Part shown: one piece after another, positions 24,998-37,332 of the stretch
Layout: each line of letters opens with the position of its first letter
Position numbering within the stretch: the stretch's first letter is position 1
Assembly (NCBI GenBank): GCA_001949185.1
Contig: BDGG01000001.1
Coordinates: 310,001 to 374,000 of the forward strand
Length of the DNA stretch: 64,000 bases
Direction of reading: 5' to 3'
Source: Ramazzottius varieornatus
Lineage: Eukaryota > Animalia > Tardigrada
Position numbers and translations under genes: made by a program
Notes under the pieces: generated by a model
Seen by the model: the letters and a program-made list of their open reading frames with translations, nothing else
Database searches by the model: none
Told to the model about the DNA's origin: nothing

Positions 24998-26490
24998 AGA
25001 GAGACAGGGCCTTGTTTACCCGGCCCAGATGATCAAAGAAGTTCAGCGATCCACACAAATTGGTTGATCTCTTCCGGAAAGCACACCACACTTGTGTACT
25101 TTCGATCGCTTTATACGGCACACGTGGGAATTCGAACATTGAAATACAAGTTCAACACTGCGTAGAGACGGTCGGGCAATCCAAATCGCAGCGTATGTGT
25201 CTTAGACGCGGCGGTAAACTGGTTTTACGAAGCCGGAAAGAAATCAGCTCGTGCTCTGTTATTACTTATTAGAAAAATGTTGTTTTTCGATAGCTTTTTT
25301 CGCGGTAGCGGCTACCTCACCGTACTGATCGCAGGGCACTCGCGATAAAGACCAACCGAAAAATTAACCGGCAGCTATTGCGGACATTCGCTTCTGTGGT
25401 ATGAAAACTACCGACACCGCAAGCGCAGTTGCTATCTCGTCCAAATAACGGTAAGTTTTGGCTGGAACCTATAATTAATTAAATTTTGGTCCCTCCCCTC
25501 CACTTAGAACGTAGTTTTGACTTCGTGGCTGATGGGCTCGTTGGTTAGAACAGCTAGATACTCAGAAAATAGCTGGGGGATAACAACATGTGATACAGAT
25601 TCAGCGACCTATTATGCTAATGTGTTGCCTATTATGCTTATGTGTCGCTTTTTTCCTGCAGACCTGAAGTTTTACAGTTCTGCAGACCCGATTTTCACCG
25701 GCAGGCATGAAAATCGCGGAAAGCTGTGGTGATGCCTGAGGGAACGTTAATAATGCCCCGCTAAGTGATCGAAGTCACACATTGACTACAACCCGAGGAA
25801 GGATTACTGAAAGCTGAGCGAGTACTTTGTATACGGACTTCCTGAAAGCACGACCATGGAAAGGATTGTTTATATTGATATGGTAGACGTCAGCACAAAC
25901 TTCTCGAACTATGCTGTGCATTGTAATGTACATCAGCACATTTTAATAAACAATCTGCTGACGATAATATCATGGATGTAAACAAGAACAGCTTTGCATG
26001 TGAATCATCGTTACTATCAATACGTAGGAACATTTTTCTGGTTAAAATAAGTGAATTCTGGCGTTGAAGTGTCCGTGAGCCCAGGTTCTCCAGCCCAAAG
26101 ACGGATTGGGGAGACAACCCGTAACTTTTGGGGGGTAATAAAACCATTATGTCCAACGCTACAGCCTGCCTTGTTTAGTTTCGTCATCTCTTTGTAACCC
26201 TGCACCATTGTCATATGTAAATCTTGAGCGTATAGACCAGTGAATTTCCTCCCGAGATGCCTGGTTTTCCGGCTGATGTCGCCTTAGACGGACACAATGG
26301 AATCTCATAATGATAGGCGAAATAATGCATAAAGTCCCTTTTTGGTGGCAGTTCTTCCCAGTAGGAGGCGCCACACGAGCGCAGCTCATGGCCAGAGTGT
26401 AATCACACGAAACTATTGCTTTGGAATTACGTACTCACAAAAGATGCAGTATTCATTTTGAACTGAAAGCTTGCAGCACAGCGTAATATA

Positions 26491-26644
26491 CTGTAGTGCT
26501 ACCGAATTATCGCGCACTCAACCACGTGAACAGTGAATGATGCCCGGGTGTGAGCCAGCGAGGCTAAACTGATAACATCTGATCACACTGGGCTGCGATG
26601 ACTCATCACGTGGTTCAGTGCGCGATAATCTGGTAGCACTACAG
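26491..26644. mobile_element. MITE of 154 bp with ~40-bp TIRs and TA target duplication (Tc1/mariner-type)
   Basis: TA|CTGTAGTGCTACCGAATTATCGCGCACTCAACCACGTGA ... TCACGTGGTTCAGTGCGCGATAATCTGGTAGCACTACAG|TA. Confidence 0.85.
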
Positions 26645-27024
26645 TATAATCATGTATTGTATTCAGATACCCTGCGCGCTGTATTCAGTTAGGCGACAGT
26701 ACAAGTTGTAGCGAATAGGATTGTTCCGGTTACAAACCGTTATGACCGCGGTCCTGTTGCGTCTCCCATGCGTGAAATTAGAGGCTTACCGGTCAAAGCC
26801 TCAACGTGGAAGCAGCAGATACTATCATATTATTACAATGCGCAAGATTTTTTCATGAATCAAGCAGTTCCACCCCCGAGAGGGGATAGACTTCGCAGTT
26901 GGAAACGTTAGCTCATGGGCTACTATATAGTAATCAAGCCCCGAAATTGTCAATCATGTATTGTATGGTGTAGCAGCTATCGTTCTGTCACGCCCTTTGG
27001 ACCTCCAAGAACTTTTGGATAGAA

Positions 27025-27621
27025 ATGAGACGCTGTAAATCCAGCGTTTACGGTGTCTTTCGGGTCCTGCTGAAGTATCTCACTGTATTTGCCATTCATG
27101 CTGGTGCAACGGAAGCAGTGGGCTTGAGGTGCCTTGTTTATCAATCTGGCAGTACTGATGGGCAGTCGGAACGCTGTATGCAGCCGCCAGAACCATTTCA
27201 CGCAGACGACTTCACATTTTGTCCCATAGGACACTTGCATTATGATGCTTTTGGGTGGGTACCATGATTTGTAAAGCCGGACTGCAGATACCCAACGTGA
27301 GATTTTCCGCATACAATAAAACTATTGTATGAGCATACCATTTTTCCCGGAAGTTTGTATCAGATGTGCTGCCCGTATTGGTATTGGTGTTGACGGTCTG
27401 CGAGTATCACTTTGAGAACCAACCTAGGTTTGGTTATCTGTTGCTGCAGAGAAGTCGGTCAGTCAGGGATGCTTGGCCCCGATGCCGAGAGACGGGCAGA
27501 TGCAGTGCAAGTCTTTGGACCCAACCAGTTCTGCCTTTGCGGAGACACCACCTGCAACACTCGGCCACTCATATTAACGGTAAGTCGTAACGGATTCTTT
27601 CTTCGACAAGCTAGTTCTTAA
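27025..27621 (+). CDS. Putative Ly6/uPAR three-finger (quiver/sleepless-like) small secreted protein; exon structure uncertain
   Basis: A hydrophobic leader ends ATEAVG-LRCLVY, and the C-terminus has FCLCGDTTCN, a CxCxxxxCN motif typical of three-finger domains. Confidence 0.45.
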
Positions 27622-27933
27622 AGCCCAATGGACCTTTGATGCAACGTAACGCTCAAACAGCCAGCTTAGCCTACCTGTACACGTATTAACACTATTTGTT
27701 TTCCCTTGCCCTACGCTACAAAGGTTAAAACCGATCCAGTATCACCAACTCGTATGCCTCAATGTCCGCATGCAGAAAATGCCGAATTTGTACAGCGCTT
27801 TTTATTCTACGGTAGATTTATACATCTCCCAGATTCTGAATAGATTAGTCAGCTGGACAAGTCAGATCGCGAGCAATAGAAATGGTTTTCTGAGATCGAA
27901 AGGTCCCCATTGCCCCATGGCGGTATGAAGATG

Positions 27934-29396
27934 TCAAGCAATCTGTTGCTTCGTTGTTGTTATGGTGCTATCGCTACCAATGATGCATTCGTACTCGACA
28001 AAGTTGAGCTTGTCACCCCATCTAGCGTGCTGAACATCGGCATGTGGATAGAATTTGGTCTGCAGGGAGGTGGTGAAGGTGCCGCTTTTCCAGAGGGAAA
28101 CTGACAGCTTGAGGAAGGTCCGCTTGTTCTTTTCTGTCTGACCCATGCCGGTCGTCTTCCACAAACCGCCATAGCTCAGGGCGTTAGGATCGATAAACTT
28201 GGTTATCTGCTCCAAGTCAATCTTCTCCTCTTGTATCCTCAAGGAGCTGCCAACACAACAAACTCTGAATAATCAACCTTACTCCAAACTTGTCGCCATG
28301 TCGCTTCAAAGTGTAGCCTATACATCATTAAAGGTTCACACCATACTAGACCATCAAGTTTTCTTGACTTTGACTGGATCCAAATTTTTATAAAGTCACA
28401 GGATTATTTTCTCTCGCTGGAAATACGGGACTTGAGTTTCCGTTACGCGTACGGAGCTGGAGAGGGCGTTTGGTAGCGTAGATCGCAGAAAGAAACAATT
28501 TGTTTAATGCCATTAGGACCAATTGGCCTGGATTAATCAAGGGCTGCCCTTGGGGACTTCCGGGTTTGAGGCCTGACGAACCATGAGATAACCCGTAACT
28601 AGACAAAAGCAGTTCACTACAGCAGCAATTGCAACTCAAAAAACTCCGTCGGATTTCAAATGTCAAATTTTTCTGAACGTAGCTATGTGAAGAGAAGTTT
28701 CTGCGAAATTGCATGCAAATCGAAACTATTGACCATCTGATTTCCCAATACTCGGCTTTGAACATTTCCGGTAGTTTCCACGGTAGGACTGTGTAATTCA
28801 AGTTGGTCGGGCGCAAAAATGTTGAATCTGCTCCTAAGACGATATCGATTAACTGGCGCTATGCTGCTGATCGGTGTATCTCAGTCCATAAATCCCTATC
28901 GCCAGGTAATATCGATCAGAAGGCCAATAAAGACAGACCTGGCCAGCGCCGGATTTCCTCTTAGGTATGCCTGATGCTTAAGGCCAAGAAGAAATCCATA
29001 AACGGTATTGAATTTGGCTTTTTACTCACTCGACAGGTAGTGGCGGTCGCACTGTAATCTCCACTCGGTACGTTTCATCCTGCTGGAACTTGACGGTCAG
29101 CTGACTTTCAAAACGCTTCCCATCCGACTAAAAAAAGAGAAAGGAGTTCCCCCACAACAGTCTCAAAGAATTATTTGGCAGTATGATATCAATCTTCACA
29201 GGAGGAAAAACAATTTTATTCTTCTCTTTGTCTAGAATCTGAGCTCTGATTTGTTCTGCAGCATGGAGAAAAGTTCTGGAAAACCAGTAACGTTATGTAA
29301 AACAGTTTCTCTTTGTCGTACCTTGAACACAACAGGAAGACCATCCGATTCTCGTTTGAAACTCAGCGTTATCCGGACTGATTTCCCCGCAGCCAT
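27934..29396 (-). CDS. CNRIP1: CNRIP1-like, paralogue B, 3 exons with the same intron positions as paralogue A
   Basis: MAAGKSVRITLSFKRESDGLPVVFK|SDGKRFESQLTVKFQQDETYRVEITVRP|...SGTFTTSLQTKFYPHADVQHARWGDKLNFVEYEC. Confidence 0.87.
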
Positions 29397-31487
29397 GGTA
29401 GAACGTTCACTCAAAAGACTGCGCAGAAATGGGAATCCCGCAAAATGAGGAAGTAAAGAAAAAAAAGTTGGGACGTTCAGACAGCGACTAAATGTAGCCT
29501 GGGATAATGGTCCATTACCGGTGAAATCTTCACGCACGCGTTTCGGATTACTCCCGTCATTCTTTTATGGCTTCAATTACATCCAGCTCAAAGCAAAGTT
29601 CACAAATTCAGCCTTCAGCTTCGTTTGGCAGGTTGAAAGGTACGTCGTGGGTAAGCAGGGCTAATTACTGTACGATCGTTGATCCAGCTGAAAATCCCGA
29701 CACGATATCCCGGCGAATTTTTCTCAGCTCAAAGACGGAAGTGCGAATAGTTAGATCCCCAGCAAATGCACTTCTTTCCTATTGAAGTTAAAGCGCAGAC
29801 GTGAGAAAAACGTGGCGGATAATCAGGCTGTGGAAATCCGGTTGGTAAAAGGAAGGAAACGTGATGGGTTCGTCGTCGGTTGGAAACTGACAGTGTAAAC
29901 CTCGGAGAGTGTTTTTTCTTCTGAGGGTGCAACCGGGTAGGAAGAAAGGAGGGAAGGGGAGAGATTGAGGGGTGCCTGTACACAGAGGACGAGTTCCACG
30001 TACACTGGGTCGGTCAAGCTTGGATGAACGTGTCTGCGTGTGTTCCTTCACACACAGCCACTGCAATTATCGACGCGTACGTGCAATTGCCTGATTGTGC
30101 TCAATGTAATATCCGCTCTTGGCTGGTGGGGATTCAGGATTATGCAATACAGCCCGATGTCTAATGTCGCAACAGCCTGCCCGATGAAAGATTCCATCCG
30201 GTGGGAAAGCGCTGTTTTGACAGAATGACAAAAAATGAAGGCGGTAATGTCAACTGCGTACTAAGTCGTTACGTATCGGCATTTGCCATGGAAAATGAAC
30301 CTGGCGGAGAAGTCTGGAGGCACGTTCATGAATGGTAATGTGTGTGTACATTTGCATCGTAGATTGACAGGATCGACGTGAGAAAAAGAGGCACGTTCGC
30401 AGACGTGTGAAACTGCGCGTGATGATGGAGGCTTTTCTTGGGATTTCTTGACCAGTGCACGTGGGGAATGTCTATTTTCAGACATACAAGGAACAACTCG
30501 AAAATTCCCAACCCCACCTTTATTATCCGATTTCTTCCGGTACCGGGATAGTTTGTACGTGCACGATTGTATGAGAAAACCTACGCAATGGAAGTGGGTC
30601 CTGATTTACTGAGGAAGGTTACTGATGGTGCAAGGAATGCTTATTCGTCCTGTAAGTCTCGACTTAAGGAGCCAGATCGATCGCTGGAGAAATCGATACC
30701 CATTTGCAGCGCACCCCACAGTTGGGAAGAAACTGTCAAGAGATGTAAAGATGCACAAGGAGGGGGACGGTCCGGAAGTCAAAAGCCGATAAAAAAATCC
30801 AGACTTCAAAGCTGGGTATTTAAGACTAGTACAGTGTACGTATAAGCCTTCAGTCTCACACGCGCATCATCGAACTGTATAATCCATGTTTTTCTACCAC
30901 AGCCATGAGCAACGGTAACCCGAATCCACCTCTTGCAGTTTTCTATGCATAAACCATCTATGTATTTCGAGCTTGTAGAGAATACCGAGGTCCTGTTTCA
31001 GGTCCTGCAACATCACATGACGCTTAAGCAAAAAATTCCCAGAAGCGACAAAGCCTCACAAAGCGCTTCCGGTTCGGCTTGAGCAATCAAACATCCCATA
31101 TTGACGGTCTTTCCCCTCGCCTCAAAGACACACCCGCCTTTCAACCCGACTCTGATACAAAAGCTCCTCCAGAAGCGTCAGCTTTCAGACGTCACCGGAT
31201 CCATTCTTGGACAAGGAAGAAAGAAACCAACGTCTAGGGACAGAGTGACCTCAGTAGTCGCTTGGGTAACTGCTTGTTTGACTGTTGATTGACATCCAAA
31301 AATGCGAAGCCTTTTTTGTTTTTGTTTGATAATTCAAATAGAATTTTGCACGAATTAGAATTCATCTGGTTTCAAGTTAGGAGAGGTGGAATAAAACCTC
31401 CCGAACGGTACGCCTTGGTCAATCGATTCTAAGAAGTCAATAACCAAGAGAGGTCTAAGGAAATCGTAACTTGATTTTGGCCGAGAG

Positions 31488-32845
31488 ATGTGCGACCCTT
31501 ACGTGGAAGGAGATGTACGGATTGGCATTCAGCGACCCCGCATGGGGAAGAACAAGGCCATCACCGCTCGCAACGTGGGTAAAAAAAAACAAATTCTAAT
31601 TGAAACGATTGTTTGCATTTCGAAGTATATTCCATTCAGTTAGGTTTTTTTAACGTGACTTTCAGAAGGAGGTGGGAACGCAACCGCCACCCAGTGCCAT
31701 ATTACCTCCCAAGTCATTCGTCTACGGTCGACCAGCGTTAAGCATCAAAGCTCCACATGACACCACAGCCGCTGGTAGAATCCTACTCCTCCCCTCACTC
31801 ATACCTTTTTCCTGCTGTGTTTCTGTAATGGGCGACTTTTTAGTCATCAGCCAGTGGCAAACGTTCGATCAGAAGAAGCAACTACTCAAGTACAAGGGGG
31901 AGGGCAGGAAGCGTGATGCAGCAGCGACCAACCGAGCGGCGCTGGACGCCAAGATTACCACAGCCAAAGCCTGGAACCGCTTCTGCATGAGCCATCGCGA
32001 ATCCAAACTCTTCTTCTTTATGCCCGAACACACTGTCTACTCCTTCCAGGAGCGACGCAAAGTCAGAATACCCGATTTGCCACTGAAAAGCCCTCCCTCT
32101 CCGTACGAACCTTTGTTTGTAGAAATTTCCGTGATGATGTTTGGCAGTTTGAAAGAAAGATAACCGTTCCCGATTGCAGAGATGATGTGACACGATTGCT
32201 TTGTCACGACTATGCTCGTCAATGGTTGCTCAAGGAATCGGCCGACCAACAGCATCGCATCAACGTCGAGCAAATTGACAAGGTACACGATCAACAGCTC
32301 CTCCATTCCTTTTTCATACAAAATCAAAAGAATGTACAGAAGGGCTAAAATACAACCGCTGGTACATTAGAAAAGTCTCCGGTTCACCGGGAAAATTACT
32401 GGGATGGACGTTAACACGATTCCCAATTTTCTACGACTATTCTGCATTTCTGTTCTGCTTGCCCGATGCTGACTGCAACATCCAACCTCAGTCGCTTTGG
32501 GTCTGTTTTCAGCGTATTGTGGGTGCCCAGCAAAACGCCCAGATTGAATCCAACTACGTGGCCGATCAGTCATCCTTGAAAGAGAAGCAGGAACGAGTGC
32601 GCCAGTTCGGGAAGATGAGGCCGCTGGGCAAGATCACTCCGCCGAAGTACGTCCAGAAGGCTACAACCCACCTTGCCACCTTCCGCGACGGCGATACTCG
32701 CAAGCGCGGCTGGCGACCTAGCATCCAGCAGCCACCAGAAGGCCAATCGCTAGAGCAGTGGAAGTCGGCTTTGCAAGCTTCGGCCGCCAGCAAGTTCGGC
32801 AGAGAAAAGAAGGAAGGGCCAAGCGTAACATTCGATGACCTGTAA
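31488..32845 (+). CDS. CFAP77: Cilia- and flagella-associated protein 77-like (C9orf171)
   Basis: The spliced ORF has LPPKSFVYG, RDAAATNRAALDAKITTAK, RLLCHDYARQWL and TTHLATFRD, matching CFAP77 blocks (LPGINFNYG, RNYIAMNRGAVKAGLVTAR, DLLQHRYLQLW, RHLDTFP). Confidence 0.7.
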
Positions 32846-33004
32846 ATATTTTTACAGAGGAAACAATTTCGTCAGAAAAAAATTACACCGCAAAAGAAAC
32901 TGAATAACCTCAACAGCTCAAAAAACATCAAGGAAAACTGTTCAACGAGAAGTGATAACACAGAAAAAAATGCCCATAAAAGTCTGAAGAAATTGTAGGG
33001 ATTT

Positions 33005-33682
33005 CTACAGTTCTCCACTGACGGCTTTCTTGGCGGCTTCGAAGGTTTCCTGGACCTTATCGACGACCTTCTGTCCAAATCCAGCTTCCTCCTTCTGACC
33101 TCCCTTCTTCTCGTCTCCTTCGCCCTTCTTCTTGTCATCCTTCTTATCCTCTTTCTTGTCCTTCTTCTCATCCCCCTGACCTTTCTTCTTGGAATCGCCA
33201 TCAGACTTGTCCTTCTTGTCGTCCGACTTGCCTTCTTCCTTCTTCTTGTCCTTACCAGCGTCCTTTTCCGCCCCAACAGCATCTTTCACCTTGTTCTTAA
33301 TGCTGTCCGCGGCATCCTTGACGGTGTGCGGGGCGTCGGTCCAGTGTTCCTTGGCCGTTTCCTGTAAAGTATCCTTTGAGTCAGCTGTTTGAGTTTGCTT
33401 CCCCATGGCTGCCATTGCGGCCATGTACGGACATCCATACTAGGAGACGTCACATCTCATACTCTTCTTAACACGCAGACCTAATTGAGCATGCAGCCGA
33501 ACACATACCTGAGCAGCGTCGAACGCGTCTTGGGCGCCACCCACCACTTGACCGGCCTTTTTGACTGCCTCTTCCATGACCTTTTTGGCAGTTTCCTTGA
33601 TGGTTTCAGGGACATCGGCCAAGAGGCCACTCACCAACCCGAGAACTATCAGCGTCACGAAGACAGTTTTAGACTGGGCCAT
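33005..33682 (-). CDS. Signal-peptide, highly hydrophilic LEA (group 3)-like protein ending in SGEL; 2 exons
   Basis: Signal peptide MAQSKTVFVTLIVLGLVSGLLA and intron 33440-33508 (GT..AG, phase 0). It has amphipathic A/K/D/E segments (KETAKKVMEEAVKKA, VKDAADSIKNKVKDAV, KVVDKVQETFEAAKKAV) and a K/D/E/G low-complexity linker. Confidence 0.8.
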
Positions 33683-34065
33683 TTTTCGTTGGAAAGTCAC
33701 AGCAAACACTGAAACAGAAACTTAAATACCTGAATTTTCGCCCTTTTTGAATCGGAAAAAACGTGAACTATCCTGGATTATTTGTCAGAGGGTTGCTATG
33801 GCTCGGCGTGACAGTTGTTTGGACTGTGGGAGGTACCTGCGTTGACAGATAAGTCAATGAGAACAATGCCGTGGAGCAATCGAGGAGACACTGGGTGCAA
33901 GCTGAGCGACACCCCGATAAAAGTCACTCTCAACTTCAAAATAGATATCAGTGTCGTCGAATGGCCGTTCACAGCATTGAAGCTCGAGATGGCGGGATAT
34001 TTCCATGCGGAATAACTTTCACTGGATAAGTCCATGCTGGCCTCTTCTGCCGATTGTTGGACCGA

Positions 34066-34094
34066 CAGCAGCAGCAGCAGCAGCAGCAGCAGCA
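34066..34094 (+). repeat. (CAG)n microsatellite
   Basis: About 9-10 tandem CAG units. Confidence 0.95.
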
Positions 34095-34765
34095 ATTAAC
34101 TGCGGGTAATTCTTCCACAAACACGGATATGGAAATAGTCGAGCTGTTTGTTGTACGGAATGGAACACCTTCGCACCCGACATCCTTCCGGTCTACTTTT
34201 CGACATAATACTGTAGTTGACGCCCACAATGAAAAAGAACGGAGCGCTAACCGCAGCTATACACTGCGTACAACATTAAGATGAATGCTAAGATGAATGA
34301 GAAGTTAGAAACTAAGGGAGGCACAGAAAGTTGCAGGAAACTAACTAACTAAAGCTTTCGATTGGTAAATCCCAACGTAAAGAAGTTAGAAGCGACTATA
34401 ACTTCTGTACTCTGCCGTGATGCGTCAGATCACCAGTTAAACTCGTGTAGAGGAGGAGGAAGCTACTCGATGGGAAGATTCGGCTGAGCAGGCAGCAGAC
34501 TTTCCCGTAGGAAAAAGGTGCACTACATCATCAGAGTATGAAAGGTGACGATCTTACCCAGCAGCCGACAGTACACCTCCCTTTCAAACAAGACGAGCTT
34601 CCCTTCCTTCACAGCTTCCCGTTCCTGCTGGCTCATTAGCGCGATGCCATGCGCTCCATCCAAGAGACTGTAAGAAATGGATTGTTTGTCATCAGCTAGA
34701 TGAAAATAACCTTGTCGAGTCAGATGACTAGACTCACTAGGAATTTTCTAACAAATCGATATCTA

Positions 34766-37287
34766 CGAGGTAAAGGGCATAAGTCTGACGTACCTGTTTT
34801 TGGGACGCAATTATGACGGATTATATTTCTGAGCTCACTGCACCACCTTGCTTGGGTTTTCGTTACCGCAGTAGGCAAACTTATCTCCCAGAGCTCGGAA
34901 TAGGTTTTAGAGTGAGAAGAAGTTTAGGATCGAAGAAACTGCTCTTTGGAGAAAGAGGTGTCTGTCTAATGTTAACACTCTGAGCACCACGCGATTTCAT
35001 GCTGTTAGAATACCAAGGGTACAACTCACTTGCGCACCGTTTTAACTGGTCGAGAGAAGGGGGGCGGTACAAAGCGACCAATCAAAATACACCCACGTGA
35101 AGTGGCGAACGATACCATATGGAAACAACACTGTGTACCGCCAGTTGACCTGGGTAATGATGCAGTAGATTTACTTTGATATTCGATTTCATTTAGATTT
35201 CTTCTCGCTGCAGTCTAGACGAAAAACCATCTGTTTTGCTGATCTATGGACAGAACAAACATGAAGACTACACAGACTGCAAGTGATGATACTTCTTCGC
35301 CCAAGACTCCGTGGGCAAAATCGACAGCGAGTTGGCTTCTTTTGCAAAGCTTTCGGTTTGCTTGTGTTGGCCATCTCATCTACTGCTTGATCTGAAGATA
35401 CTTGGACGCGTGGTACAACGGACGAATTTCTTCATGCTGAAACTAATACTAGGCGTCGTGGAGCGTCTCAGGAGCTGTCGTTGCATCATCTTCTTACTAA
35501 CGTCTTGAAGGAACATCCGACGTTTGGTGGGCAACGTGGAATTCCAACCAGGATTGATCTCGCACCATATGATGTACGCATCGAGCGCTGAGATGTCCAG
35601 AATGTCGTAAAACAACGCCATCGGCCAACGACTGGTCTTACGTCGACAACTGTAGTTTCCGGTGAGCTGGTCCAGAGTGTCTACCCCGGCTTTCGTTCGG
35701 TTGTACTCCATCACAATTTCAGGCTTCTCTTCTTTCGAACTTTCGTCAATGTCGCTGAAACGTAAAATTACCTTGTGACGTCAGATGTTCTGTCATCTTG
35801 TAAGATAGCTTAGCCGCAACACTGTAAAATTTTAGTGACGTCACGCATCTTTTCGATCAACAATCTCCATGAGTACGCATCTTTCGTGCATGACGTCACG
35901 TCACGAATGATCATAAGGTGCGCTCGATCAAAGTTATGCTCAAACGTCATGCTTCACTTACGCGTCGAGGTGCATGGAGCTGAGCAGAGTTACTGCCTTG
36001 CCTTTCTTTGGAACATAGGAAACCAAGGTGAAATCGGAAGTATGGCCGAACAGCGAGGAGTGGACTTCACGGTATTTACTGGGTAGAAAGGCAGAGGGAA
36101 TTTCCGGTCTACTTTTCCGTATGGTTCCAATAAGTGAGATATTCTTCTTCAGAAGTGCTTCGCCCAAAGCCAATGAAGTGAAAAAGTTATCCGTCGTTAC
36201 GTTCCTGCCCGAGTCATCTCCTAAAACCAGAAAAACAAACGCAGGCTTAATTGATTTCAACAACAAACATATAACACGGTCAGATATCTTGTTTACAATC
36301 AAAACACAAAAGATTTACCTAGGTAGTCCACCAGATCTAACACAACACGCNNNNNNNNNNNNNNNNNNNNNNNNNNNNNNNNNNNNNNNNNNNNNNNNNN
36401 ATCAATCCGACTTCGAAAATCTGACTGCAGAGGGCTCTGTAAATGGCGAATCGTGCTTCCCTTCCCTCGAGACCGTGCGAAGCCTTCTCCATGAAAAGCA
36501 GTAATTTTGGAGGAAGAGTCAATCTGTAATTGCAGAGCTTGATGTTAGAATGCCATATAGAAATCCCATTTGAAAATCGACAAAAACGTACCCTTGATTT
36601 CCGAAAGCTGTCTCCAGTTCTCGCTGAGCTTCCATAGTGCACAAAATCCTACAATACCGTACAGAAAGCTTCGAAGAAGATGTTGTCGACGAAGAACAGA
36701 GGAAGGCTAAGTGGCTGCGATCGGAAAGCGTAAAATCAAATTTTGAATTTTTCGATCGTAACTTTGACTGTGCCACTAGTGGTAGTAGCGTGTATGACGT
36801 CATAGACTGCGCCACATAGTGTTTTGTTTCATGCAAGCGCCATATTTCTTTCTGACCACTGGGCAACGAAACAAACAGTCTAGTATGCCTTGAATTTTTT
36901 CCAAGTCATTGTGTCAAACGATACGCCAGACAGAATTGGATTTGTGTACGAACAGCATTTTACGACTAATTTTTCAGAAAAATTTCACACTTTTTGCCCA
37001 CTGTTTAGCCGGTGGTCGCTGGGTGGACTGGATAGAGAAATGTAGCTCTCAGTCAAACGTGAAAAAACGAGACGTAAAAGTGGAACAGGAGAGTTTCAAC
37101 AGCGAGGTAACTGTGCGCCGGACAAGTGAGTTGTACCCTTGGTATTCTAAGTGTTAAAAAGCCTAGATTTGTATCAACCGGCGTCTGATGAACAATGAAT
37201 CAAGCGTTGACAATAATGTACGAACGTTTTACGCCGTAAGAATTACGTCCCAAAAATGGGTGCCGCAGAATTACGTCGTCTAGCTGG
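34766..37287. mobile_element. Family A Tc1/mariner-type MITE split by a nested piggyBac insertion
   Basis: The left end is TA|CGAGGTAAAGGGCATAAG. Removing the piggyBac gives TGTCTAATGTTAAAAAGCCTAGATTTGTATCAAC, collinear with TGTCCAATGTTGAAAAGCCCAGTGGTGTATCAAC in the 679-1019 copy. Both copies share GAATCAAGCGTTGAC. Confidence 0.75.
34976..37153 (-). mobile_element. piggyBac DNA transposon (defective, spans an N gap)
   Basis: TTAA on both flanks and TIR CACT-TAGAATACCAAGGGTACAACTCACTTG (the left copy has a 26-nt insert). Transposase motifs: RVVLDLV, NVTTDNFFTS, GTIRKSR, YNRTKAGVDTLDQ, RWPMALFY and a C-terminal Cys-rich RCRFCP...CSLC..HVC..H. Frameshifted. Confidence 0.92.
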
Positions 37288-37332
37288 TATCAATACATAC
37301 CCGTCGCCGAAGTCGTTGTAGTGCTCATGGAT

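Noticed and set aside
32872-33282. Arg-rich protamine-like ORF
   Set aside because: Alternative frame of the K/D/E-rich LEA-like exon.
33796-34284. PolyQ, polyC and polyL ORFs
   Set aside because: By-products of the CAG microsatellite with no other coding signal.
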